64,000 nucleotides of DNA from an uncultured Verrucomicrobiae bacterium (GTDB lineage Bacteria; Verrucomicrobiota; Verrucomicrobiia; Limisphaerales; JAFGQR01): the NCBI GenBank assembly GCA_963788655.1, contig CAWBHS010000100.1, positions 31,278 to 95,277 on the forward strand, in the 5' to 3' direction. The notes under the pieces were generated by a model. That model did no database searches. It was not told the DNA's origin and saw nothing but the letters and a program-made list of their open reading frames with translations. The translations under genes and the position numbers were made by a program. Below, piece by piece: positions 19,543 through 29,810 of the stretch (the stretch's first letter is position 1; every line of letters starts with the position of its first letter).

Positions 19543-21871
19543 CTATTTGCCCCGACGGCTGAGTTCCGCGGCAATGAAATCCAGTTTGTCCTGCGGCAAT
19601 TCGTCTTGCGGCCGGCCCAGCGCGGCAAAATAGATGGCGCCGGGGTGATAGATTTGCAGCCGGCCTTTGTCGATCGTCAGCGTCACACTCTTCAATCCGC
19701 CCAATTGAAATTCCTTCGCGTATTGGCTCATCCGACCGATGATTTGCGGCAGGAAGGCCCCGACGGTTTCGGCTTTCACGCCGGGCGGCATGCAATGCGC
19801 CACCAGCAAACCATCTTGCAGGGCGATCAACGCGCCGGCCACTCCGGGCAACTCGACCGTCTTGTTGACAATGTCGTTCGGCGTCCATTTGCGTTTGTTG
19901 GGTTCGCCAAACAACTCCGCCAGGTTCGCCGGACGTTTGCCGCCTTTGCCGGACCGTGCCGACGGTTTAGGGGCGGCGTCCGGCAGGGGGGCATCCACTG
20001 GTTTGGGAGCCGCTTCGTCTGTGGCTGGGAGCGGCGTCGGCGCGGTTGTTTTCGCGGGCTCTGGTGAAACGGTCTGCGGGCTGGTACCCACGCTGAACAG
20101 ATCAGGAATTTCGTTGGGAACCGCCGGTTTGGGACCGGTTGGTTTTCTGGTTTTCTGCCGCAGGAACAACGGCGCCACAATCGGTAACGGCAGCGTTAAT
20201 CGGGCTTCCCCGTAAGGCGAATCGTAGGTTTCTGGCGGCCCGGGATTGAGCCATGAACAAATTTGATGCCACAGATATTCGATCTTGCCCTGGCGCAACG
20301 CCGGTTCAATGGCTGGGAAAGGAATTTCAATGCGCGAGGCCGTGAGAACCGTGTTGGGCGATCTCCTTCTGCACCGGTTCGGGCCAGGCGCCGAGTACCA
20401 GGTTCAAGGGCAGGCTGAGCACTCCTTTGGCTTCAATGATCTTTGGGGTGTGCTCCGTATCCGAACCGGTCGTCGGTGCCGGAACCGCGGGCGCAACGTC
20501 GGGAGGAGGAATACTGGGCACCGCCGGTGCCGCCGCTTGAGGTGGCGGCGGAACGGTTGCTTGGACAACGGGCGGAGGAGCAGCTTGAGTTACCGGCGAT
20601 GGCACGTTCGCGGGAGACGCCGGATTGGCGGTGGAAGGTGCTACCGGTTCCGCCGCGGTCGGAGGAATGACCGAAGCAGCGGGCATTGGCGTTGCCACTT
20701 CTGCCACTACGGGCGGCGGAGGTGGCGCTTCGATCTTGCCGCCTTTCCGGAAGAATTCGGTAACGTGGTTGGAATCGACGGGTTGGCCGGACGACGTGGA
20801 GCGAATGAAATCCAGAAACAAGGGCGTCACGACGTTTAACGGCAAGTCGAGCACCGTGTCGGCATTCGGCGACGGCAACGATTGCGACGGGATTGGCAGA
20901 ATGCGGGAGCGGAGACTGCCCCAGTTATATTGCAGCTTGCCCCGTTTGAGCCCCTCACAGATTTCCGGCGAGGGCAGGGCACACTTGGCAAACGGAACCT
21001 TCAGTTGGGAAATTTCAGCGCGAATGGCGTCCGGCCAGCCGACCGCGATTTCTTCCAACGCAATGAGAAAGGTCTGCGCACGCAAGGAAGAGGGTGCCGG
21101 GGACGGGGGCGGCATTGCTGGCGGCAACGGGGCGGAGGGCATCGCTGCGGCGGGCGCTTCGGGCTGGACGGGAATCGTCGGGGCAAAATTGAACGATGGC
21201 GTCGGACCAGGCCCCGCTTGCATCGGCCTGGTCGCCGATGGAACCGGAGGGGTTCCCGGAGGCGGCGCCGACGGTGGAGCAGGGGGGCGGGGTGGTGCCG
21301 GTTGAGCCGCGGGCGCTGGTGGGGTCTCGTTCTTTTCCTGCGCCTGCACCTGGGCGGAAGGTTTACCTTGCGCGTCAAAGACGTCGCCGATTTCGTCCGG
21401 CACTTCGACCGCCTGCCGCACCGGCTTGGGCGCGTAGTCTTCCGGATTCAGTTGGCGCAAAATATAGCTGAGCGGCAAATCGACCCACTGTTGGTCGTGT
21501 TCGTGGCTTTCGGCGAAGACGCCATAAGGAACGCCGCGTTTGAGTTCGCCGATGGTCACCTTGACGGCCCCTCGCGGCAACTGTTCCAGCACGCTGGCTT
21601 TGGGGATTGTGAAGTTGCACCCGGCGCATCCTGCCGGGGCAAGTTTGCCGCAGTACTCACGGGGAACCTGCTGCACGATGGCGGCGTAGGGCACCTGCAG
21701 CGGATCGAGCCCGATCGGCATCGACTCCGGATTCGGCAGCGGAGGCAGCTCGGATTGAGCGACGCCGCCAGCATCGGAATCCGCGGTTTCCGGATGCGGC
21801 AGAACAGATAACAGCGGCTCGGGCTCAGGAGCCGGAGACCTGCCAAACAGTCTTTTTAGGGCACTAAACAT
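19543..21871 (-). CDS. Pro/Ala-rich multidomain protein with three internal repeats and a C-terminal roadblock/LC7 domain; frameshift near 20347
   Basis: Removing one T (GGTTCTC to GGTCTC on the minus strand) joins 20327-21871 to 19543-20298 (QHG-LTASRIEIPF...RQGKIEY). C-terminal LPGVAGALIALQDGLLVA..P...ETVGAF is roadblock. Confidence 0.75.
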
Positions 21872-21928
21872 GGCAACCTTGAAACCAAGCGAAGCAGGTC
21901 ACAAGCCATCTCTTAAGGGGAACAGGTA

Positions 21929-21946
21929 TCGGCTTGGTTTTTGCTT
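21929..21946 (+). promoter_or_regulatory. Possible sigma-54 -24/-12 promoter for the REC-DUF4388 operon
   Basis: tcGGcttggtttttGCtt is GG-N10-GC with TTGC, about 55 nt upstream of the ATG at 21998; the -24 box is imperfect. Confidence 0.3.
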
Positions 21947-21997
21947 AATTGTTTATCCGGTACTGACGATGATGACGGTAAGTAGTAGCGCATTGAC

Positions 21998-23078
21998 ATG
22001 CCATTGAATCCGAAAATCCTGCTGCTCGACGATGATCTAGGCATTCTGGATCTCTATCGCGAGATGCTCAGCCAGCACCTGCCCAGTTTGCCGGAGGTGC
22101 GAACGGCCTCCAATGCCTCGCGGGCCCTGGCGCTGCTGGAATCGGATGCCTTTGATCTGATGGTCGCGGATTTGAACATGCCCAAGATGGACGGGCTACA
22201 AACGCTCTCCATCGCCCGCCGTAAATACCCGCAAATGCGCCTGGTGGTATTGACCGGCATTCGCGACGAACAGTTCCGCACCCGGGCCTACGCCATGGGC
22301 GTGGACCAGTACTGGATCAAACCCGAATCCGACCAGGAATTGGGCTTGTTCATGGAGTCCATCGAGTCGCTGCTGAGCCGCGAGGACCAGGGCGGCTTCC
22401 GGGGTGTGCAAAGCAAAAGCCTCGTGGACATCATTCAATTGGAGTGCCTGTCGCAAAGCACCACGACGCTGAAAATCATCAACGGGGTCGTGGAAGGGCG
22501 AATTTGGATCCAGAGCGGCGAGGTGACCGACGCCGAAGCCTTGGGCCTGACCGCGGAACCGGCCTTCCAACGCATCTTGTCCTGGAAAGCCGGCAGCTTC
22601 GAAATTCTCCCCGGCGATCCCCATCGCTCGCGTACCATTTTTACGTCGTACCAAGGACTGCTGCTCAACACCGCGCAAGCCCTTGATGAAGAAGCCTCGC
22701 AAATGCCCACCCTGCGCCCCACCTCGACGGATCCGGTTCCGGACGCGGCCATGCGCCTGGCGGAACTGTCCGAATTCCCGGGCGTCGAGTTTGTGCTGGC
22801 TGGCGGGGCCGACAAGGACAGCAAAGAGAACTATTGGGGCTTGGAACATCCCAAGCCCCTGGCCGATTGGGCGCACGCGACGTTGCAACGCTTCAACGAT
22901 TTGGGCGAACAATTGCAAGTCGGGCAACTCCAACAAATCATCGGCACCGGTCCGCAACGCAAAGTGGCACTGGCCAACTCCGGTCAGTCCCAATTGTGTG
23001 TCGGTTTCACCCCGGCGCTGCCGGCGGACGTCGGTGCGCGAAACCATGAAAACCATCCTCACCAAATGGGCTTCCTAG
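21998..23078 (+). CDS. Response regulator receiver + DUF4388 (PATAN-like) + degenerate roadblock-like C-terminus; frameshift near 23030
   Basis: KILLLDDD, DLNMPKMDG; GFRGVQSKSLVDIIQLECLS...GRIWIQSGEVTDA...ILSWKAGSF. The C-terminus plausibly continues as VRETMKTILTKWAS* in the 22683-23078 frame. Confidence 0.7.
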
Positions 23079-23392
23079 GCTTGTTTCCCAAATCCAAATA
23101 CTCCCGGCTGCTGCATTTGCCGGCCGGCAGTTTCACCCTCGACCGGGAAGGCCGCGTGATGTCCTCCACGTTGCCCAGTTCCTTTCCCAAGGCGCACATG
23201 AGTCAGATCGCCCAAAAGGTGCTGGCTACGTTCGCCTCCGCGCAAGCGGCGCAAATGCCGTTGGCCGAAATCATCATTTCCTACGCCGCGCTGCGCATCC
23301 TGGCGCGCGAATTGCGGGGTGGAGCGATTGTGTATTTGATGCCTCAGGCCCTGAACCAACCGGTAAAACCGTTGAAAACTGCTCTCAACTGA
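23066..23392 (+). CDS. Small roadblock/longin-like protein
   Basis: MGFLGLF...GSFTLDREGRVMSSTLP...IAQKVLATF...AEIIISYAALRILARELRGGAIVYL; the beta-beta-helix-beta pattern resembles roadblock. Confidence 0.55.
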   Translation: MGFLGLFPKSKYSRLLHLPAGSFTLDREGRVMSSTLPSSFPKAHMSQIAQKVLATFASAQAAQMPLAEIIISYAALRILARELRGGAIVYLMPQALNQPVKPLKTALN

Positions 23393-23404
23393 CGTGGTGT
23401 TCCC

Positions 23405-23815
23405 ATGACCAAAAACCATCTCGAAGATCTCATCATCCGCATGGAAAGCTATCTGGAGTGCTGGAAGCAATACAATGCTTTCATGAACATGGCGCGCTCC
23501 AAGAAATTCACCAACGAGGACGAAAACCAATTCCTGGAAATCAAGAGTATGCTCACCCAGGAACTGGAACTGATTCTCTCGCGGGTCGATTGCGGCCCGG
23601 TGAGCCGCGACGACGTCCACTCCTTGCTTTCCTCCGGCCCGTCCATCCGTTTTCTGAGCGAGATGAACGAGAACGCCCTGCGCAACCTCGAAAACCATTG
23701 GCACAAGATTTTCATTGGCTGGCAGTGCATTCTGGGTCAACTCAAAGTCAAGCAGCAGCAAGTCTCTTCCAATGCAGGCGTAGGCGCCTGGTTCCGTGGC
23801 AAGAAAGCCGCCTGA
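23405..23815 (+). CDS. Hypothetical alpha-helical protein (136 aa)
   Basis: Clean ORF with native codon usage, 12 nt after the previous stop; no family recognised. Confidence 0.7.
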   Translation: MTKNHLEDLIIRMESYLECWKQYNAFMNMARSKKFTNEDENQFLEIKSMLTQELELILSRVDCGPVSRDDVHSLLSSGPSIRFLSEMNENALRNLENHWHKIFIGWQCILGQLKVKQQQVSSNAGVGAWFRGKKAA

Positions 23816-23917
23816 ATCGGGCGCATCAGAGGACAAATTTAAGCCGCCAGTTTTCTCGCTGGCCTTGCCGAAGTTCGTGAAGCGTTTGACTTGTGCGGAG
23901 CCTGCGCCCCGTCTTTC

Positions 23918-23990
23918 GTGCTCTTGCTCCTACTCTTGCTCTTGCTCTCGATTCGTCGCAGAAGAGCAAGCGTAAGAGCATGAGCATGAA
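23918..23990. repeat. Hexamer-periodic hairpin repeat (CTCTTG)n ... (AGAGCA)n
   Basis: gctcttgctcctactcttgctcttgctctc ... gaagagcaagcgtaagagcatgagcatga. Confidence 0.6.
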
Positions 23991-24100
23991 CCTGGCGGAA
24001 ATCCCGCGACCCGTTTCGATTCAACAGCAGTGGGGCTGAGGAAAGGTTGCGAACGCTCCAGGCCCTTCTTGCCCCCGTCACATCCCTTCCCCCTTCATTG

Positions 24101-24136
24101 TTCACGCTTCAACCCTTCACGCTTCAACCCTTCAAC
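24101..24136. repeat. Short tandem repeat, about 2.4 copies of TTCACGCTTCAACCC
   Basis: ttcacgcttcaacccttcacgcttcaacccttcaac. Confidence 0.65.
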
Positions 24137-24199
24137 TCGCCTTCCTCATTTCGCCATTTCCGGCTTGTCAATCCGCTCGCTTTGGCGTCTAACCAGCCC

Positions 24200-24988
24200 G
24201 TGCCCGATTGGATCACTATTATTTTGCTGGGACTCATTGAAGGAATCACCGAATTCCTGCCCGTTTCCTCGACCGGCCACTTGCTACTGGCCGAAGGATG
24301 GTTGCCGCGTCAAAGCGACCTGTTCAACATCGTCATTCAATGCGGCGCCGTGATTGCCGTGCTGCCGCTGTTCCCCGAACGCTGCCGACAGGTGCTCTTT
24401 GGCTGGCGCGATCCGGGCGCCCGCAACTATCTGTTGAAACTGGGGCTGTGCTTTTTTCTGACCGGCGTTGGCGGATTGATCCTCGACAAATTGAACTTCG
24501 AACTGCCCGAAACTGTTTATCCGGTTGCGCTGGCCCTCCTGGTTGGCGGCGTCCTGTTCCTGGTCATCGAGCGTTGGCTTAAAGGCAAAACCCTTCACGA
24601 CGAAATCCCCTGGAGCATTGCGGCGCTGGTGGCAGGCGGTCAATTGCTGGCGGCGGTCTTTCCCGGCTTGTCCCGCTCCGGCGCCACCATCCTCTTGATG
24701 CTGGCATTTGGCATCAGCCGTCCGGCCGCCACGGAATTCTCTTTTCTCGTCGGCGTGCCCACGCTGCTCGCCGCCGGTGGACTGAAGATTTTTAAAGCCC
24801 TCCATCATCCGCCGCCCGGCGCCATTCCCGAAGATTGGGTGATGGTTGCCCTGGGGACCATCGTGTCGGCCCTCGTTTCGTTTGTGGCGGTCAAGTGGCT
24901 CTTGCGCTACGTGCAAACGCACACGTTTGTTGCCTTCGGTTGGTACCGCATCATTCTGGGAGGAATCATCCTGGCGCTCATGCGCTGA
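24200..24988 (+). CDS. uppP: Undecaprenyl-diphosphate phosphatase
   Basis: LGLIEGITEFLPVSSTGHL, PGLSRSGAT, ATEFSF, FGWYRI; GTG start. Confidence 0.95.
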   Translation: MPDWITIILLGLIEGITEFLPVSSTGHLLLAEGWLPRQSDLFNIVIQCGAVIAVLPLFPERCRQVLFGWRDPGARNYLLKLGLCFFLTGVGGLILDKLNFELPETVYPVALALLVGGVLFLVIERWLKGKTLHDEIPWSIAALVAGGQLLAAVFPGLSRSGATILLMLAFGISRPAATEFSFLVGVPTLLAAGGLKIFKALHHPPPGAIPEDWVMVALGTIVSALVSFVAVKWLLRYVQTHTFVAFGWYRIILGGIILALMR

Positions 24989-25146
24989 TCAAACTCATTG
25001 ACCCGTACGAAAGGACATCAAGTCGGTGGAACCACAGCCAGAGTTGTTAAACCGTCGAACGATTAAAGGATTGAACCGGCGGAGAATTTGCATGGCCCTG
25101 GTAATTCCATCCAACCTCGCCAGAACTTGAATCGTCACGCCCACGG

Positions 25147-28100
25147 CTACCGCGGCACCCGATACACCGTCATCTCACCCTTGGCCCCGAGCACGGCGAA
25201 TTGGCCGGGGTTGCTGGTCGCGCACACCGCGATGGGATGTTGTCCCGTCAGTTCAAGACGCGTGACTTGGTGAACCCCGGCCGAATCCACCTCGATCAAC
25301 CACAGTTGAAAACGGGAAAGCAGCACCAGCGGACCACCCGGCACGAAGGTGCCTTGAGGTGAGGCGAGGTCGCGATCCAGTCCGATCAAGTCGGTTGCGC
25401 CGACCCAATGCATGGCCGCGCCGTGTTCGAGCATGACGGCCACACCGGGCCGTGTGTGAGGCAGCGTGGGCAGCAAACCCACCACCTGGCCTGGTAACTC
25501 GACGCGCGTCAGTCCGCCATCGCTGCGCGTGAGGACCAGGCGGTTGCCCAACGCGATGGCGGCGTTATTGCCAATCGCCTTGAGGCACAGGCGGCTTCGC
25601 TCAGTGCGGTCGGCTTCAGCCAACAGGTCGCTCGTCACGTCCATCGTGCGTCTCAAGGTGCCGCGTTGGTCGTGGCACGAAAGAACCGCCCGTCCTACGG
25701 CCACGTGAACGGACCACACGGTTTCTTCTCCAAAGGCAATGGGAAAATCATGTTCGGGTAACCAATCAGGTGTTCCCGCAACGCAATCCCTTCCAAAGAA
25801 CAAATCGGAAGCCGGGAAATGTTTTGGCTCCAGCCGCACCCCGCTGGCGATGGCCAGTGCCACTTCACGGCCTTGTTCGCGCGTGGGCTCGAACACCAAC
25901 GCCGCATTCCTCACCAGCACCGCGGAGCAGTTCCACGAAACGCTCTGAATTTCGCCCTCCCAAATTCCGCGCACCATGGTCAGCCGTTTGGCGGTCACGC
26001 CCAGCGCAAAGAACCCATGCCATTCGCTGCGCAGTTGCAGCCACTCCATCTGCCGGGGCAATTCAAAGCGCCGCTCTACCACGGGTCGGTTACCGGTCGT
26101 GGGCTTGGGGGTGACGCGGTGGGCCCGCAACTCCCGGTCCCGTCGTGCCAAGAGGTAGCGGTTCGAGTCCCGCACCAGTAACCGGTCCTGTGGTGCGAGA
26201 CGAACCAAACACTCCATCAATTGCCCCGTTTCGTCGCTGGACACCGTTGGTTGGCCAAGCTGCCGGGCAATCAACACGCGTGAGAAATCCGCCGCGCTAT
26301 GGCGCACCCGGTCGTCCGGATAATGACGCGCCGGACCACCCAATGTCGTCAGCAGCGGCAACACCAGCGCCGTCGGTATTGGCTCGCAAGTCAACTGGGC
26401 GAGACGCTCCAAGGCCGTTTCGTGCCGGCCCAAACGGGCGAACCGTTGAAAGGCCGCGCCAAGACAGCCCGCCGCCTGCCGCGAAGCCGGCCATGCGCCC
26501 AGCAACAGGTCGAGCGATTCATCGGCGGCGTGCAAACGCGCCTCCACCAATGTCGCCGCCCCGAGGATATCATCTTGCGCCAACCGTTCGTTCACGACTC
26601 GACGCACCGCGTCCTCCGCCGCGGCGCGATTGCCAAGGCGCTCGTGCAAGTCCGCGACCTCCAGCCAACGCCCAAGTTTTTCGTAGCGTTCTATCGCTTC
26701 GGTGAAGAAGCCTCCGTCGGCCAGGCAGCGGGCGGCTTGCAGCGGATTTTGAGATGCTCCTCGTACAGCAGGGCGGCTTCACGGAAATGCTTCCCCTGCT
26801 TGAGCGCGTTCGCGGCGGAGACGAGGTCACCCAGTAATTCGGCGTAAATGTACGCCGCGCGGCGGTGCCGGCCGAGCTGCATTTCGCGATCCGCCATTTC
26901 GCGATAACGGAGACGAAGGAGGTTTTGCACGTTCGGCGGAACGTTCCAGAAATCCGCCGCGCGCCCCCCCAATCGGCTCAAATCGAAATTCGGCAGGCGC
27001 GAACCGAGCCCCGTCCCCGGCGGCGCCAACCCTCGGTGAGGGAAGGCATTCATGGGAATCGCATGCCGCAACGCCGCCTCCGGATCGGTGTCGAACAGAT
27101 GCAACAAACGGTGAATTTCCCGGTTGCGGATCCGTTCACCTTGTTCGTTCAGACGGCGCAACTGGCGGTTGGCCCAATCTTCGAAGTCGTTCACCCACGT
27201 CCGCCGTCGGCCTGGGTGCGAGATCCGGAGACGGCCCCCGCGATGGGTGGGCCGTGCCTCGCTGGCGAACTCGATCGGCATCGACGGCTCGCCAATTTCC
27301 CGAGCCGGAAGGTCGCGGATAACCAGGGTGCCGAGCGGACTGAGGTTGATTTTCTGCCAGCCGTTGTTTCGGCCACGCATCGCCAGGCCATCCGGCGTGG
27401 CCGCGATAGCCTCGAAGAAGTAGTGCAGGTGCCACGTTGGCGTGGCGGGTTGGTCAAACGGTGCCTCGTTCGGACTCCAATGGAGATGGTGCGACGCACC
27501 AGCGGAAAGGTTGAAGTAATAGCCGTCCCGTCTGCCCTCGTCCGGGTTGTTCGTCTGCGGCACGAACAGGCGATGACCGGACTGGTACACGCGCACCAGG
27601 CTGAAATCCAGATCGACGTCCATGGCATAGTTTAACGGGGTGCGCTCGCCGGTTACCGGAACAATCAGTTCGCCACTTCGGCTGAGCAGCCACGGGCCTT
27701 CCATTCCCTGGCGGTCGAATATCGTGACGATGTCATTGAACACGATCGAGCTGGGCAACGTCACCGGTTCGAACTTCACGTTCTGCCCATCCCAGGCTGC
27801 GAAATAGAAACCAGTCTGACCGCGAAAGAAACGGCCGTTGAGCCATTGATGCGGATTCACTGCGCGACCGAGTGGGCGTCCATCGTTCAAGGCGTGCGCT
27901 CGCACATCCGGATCCCGCAGCAGCAAAATTACCTCGCCGCACCCATGCACCGCCCTCACGTTCGCCCCGGAAACCAGGTGCGTGGCCCGCAGCGGGCCGT
28001 CGGGCAACGGGAACGAGAACAGCAGCACCGGGCCTTGGTGGCCCTGGCGCTTGACCACGTGGACCGTGGACTCGACGCAATCCATCCAGATGGTTTGGCC

Positions 28101-28259
28101 GCCGGGCAGTTCCTTGGTGAGGAGGCGACCACCGGAGCGCTCATCGCGAAATTGCACCAGTCGCCGATCCTTCAACACGGCATAAACCAGACCTGTTTCA
28201 GTCTTGGTGTGGAGCGCGACGACGCCCTTGAGGGGGAGCAGAAATGGAAACGGTGACAT
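25147..28259 (-). CDS. TPR-containing protein resembling bpX components of MoxR-vWA-beta-propeller ternary systems; possibly chimeric or a remnant; frameshift near 26750
   Basis: REIHRLLHLFDTDPEAALRHAIP...YREMADRE...RRAAYIYAELLGD...G.HFREAALLY. Adding one A restores EHLKNPLQAARCLADGG and joins the 25147-26649 ORF. Confidence 0.55.
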
Positions 28260-28668
28260 CCCAAAAATTGCCGGCAGGTTGGCGTCCGATTCAATTTTGA
28301 TCGGCGCAACCCCCTCCCGGGTGCATCCGTGCAGAAGTTTAAACCGAACTTGAAAGCGGGCAAGCCCCAGCTAGCGCCGTCGGGCGTGAACCAATAAGCC
28401 GCGAGTAAGTATCCCGAGGATGCGAATTTAGCTTGCCAGCAGCCGGAATGCTCCCGTAAAAAGTGCGCCGCTGGCGGGCGGAGTCACGTCGGGTGCATGA
28501 GCAAGAATACCGCCGCCGGCAACAAGTGGCACCTTCTACGGCGCGCCGGCTGGCCATTACAGCAGTTCGCGCTTGAATTGGCTTCGCCCTTGAATACAAT
28601 GGCGAAGTCGTGAACGGCAGGATGCAACGAAGTGGTTGTTGCCCCCTGTCATCAGCCGGCATCAGGTT

Positions 28669-28744
28669 GCCTCGGTAGCTCAATTGGCAGAGCAGTTGAC
28701 TCTTAATCAATTGGTTGTGGGTTCGAGTCCCTCCCGGGGTACCA
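28669..28744 (+). tRNA. tRNA-Lys (anticodon CTT)
   Basis: 76-nt cloverleaf with acceptor GCCTCGG/CCGGGGT and encoded ACCA; D-arm GCTC/GAGC; anticodon loop CTCTTAA; T-loop TTCGAGT. Confidence 0.95.
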
Positions 28745-28991
28745 CCAGATTCCAAGTGGTGAATCGAATGTCCTCGCTCGTGCGGCTGGCTACCCGCTTA
28801 ACAACAGCCGCGGATGCCCACGCAGCAGCGATCGATCAACCTGCTTACGGACTTCGGCCGAGGTGGCCAATCCCAATCGGAAGCGTTTGCCGAGCAAAAT
28901 GGCGAAGACATGGAACTGAAAAGGTAAACCGATGAGCTTGATCCACAGCAACGCTCCCACCGCCCACGGCCGGCCCGTGTTTAGCCTCAGC

Positions 28992-29516
28992 CTACTTGTT
29001 ATCCAGATGGTTCAGTTCGTCGGCGAGGAACTTGGCCACGTCCTTGAACTTGGGCACATTGTTGGGGTTGAGTTTCATCAGGGCGTTGTGCGCCTCCAAA
29101 CTGGTCCGGGCAAGCTCTTTGGGATCCGCCGGCGCAACTTTTTGCTCCAATGGTTCCAGGTGCTGAAGGCCGTCGTAGCGGCCTTGGAGAAACGTAAAAT
29201 ACTCGGTTACCCCCAGCGTATCGATCAATTCGCGCACCCGCTGGTTGGGATTGAGCAACTCGATCGACGTGGCGGACTGGTCGGCGGCCGTTTGTGCGGC
29301 ATTGATGCCCATACGAGCGAGGACGCCGAGAAAAGTGCTGTCCATCAGCACGCACTCGCTCAAGTCCAGGACAAAGCGGGCATGGCCTTTCTTGCGAAGC
29401 AGGTTCACCACGTCTTTGAATTCAATGCTGGAATGCAGCCCGGCGCGTCCGGCGATCTTGATGCAGACGGATTCATCGCCCACCCAGACCGACATGTTGG
29501 TCAGCGTTTCACTCAT
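28992..29516 (-). CDS. STAS-domain anti-sigma factor antagonist
   Basis: FVLDLSECVLMDSTFLGVL; LLNPNQRVRELIDTLG. Confidence 0.85.
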   Translation of the reverse strand: MSETLTNMSVWVGDESVCIKIAGRAGLHSSIEFKDVVNLLRKKGHARFVLDLSECVLMDSTFLGVLARMGINAAQTAADQSATSIELLNPNQRVRELIDTLGVTEYFTFLQGRYDGLQHLEPLEQKVAPADPKELARTSLEAHNALMKLNPNNVPKFKDVAKFLADELNHLDNK

Positions 29517-29604
29517 GCGCCTGGGTCAATTGCTTTTTGACTCAAAGTCATTGGACGCAATATGAGGCACGGCGTTGGAAGCCGTCAAGCCGGGGCGTGA
29601 AATG

Positions 29605-29735
29605 GAATGCCCAAGGCCCTATGTCCCAATCCCAGAGAATGACCAATTGCCAATGAATGACCAGCCGACCAGTGAAAAACTGTTCAATCTCCGACTGGTG
29701 CGTGGAGTATGGGTGTTCTCTGGTCATTGGGCACA
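29605..29735. repeat. Degenerate 7-nt-periodic inverted repeat (AATGACC/GGTCATT family)
   Basis: cccaatcccagagaatgaccaa ... gttctctggtcattggg. Confidence 0.55.
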
Positions 29736-29810
29736 GGGTGGATCGAGCCGTCCAGACGCATGATTCCCTGCTCAACGTCTCCTCATTCGGATGGTCTATG
29801 AAACGATGCC

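Noticed and set aside
28669..28800. tRNA-Lys as an integration site of an island or prophage
   Set aside because: No integrase next to it, and I saw no duplicated tRNA 3' end in the window.
28339..28935. ORFs overlapping the tRNA (28339-28755, 28636-28935)
   Set aside because: Spurious translations of the tRNA and its flanks.
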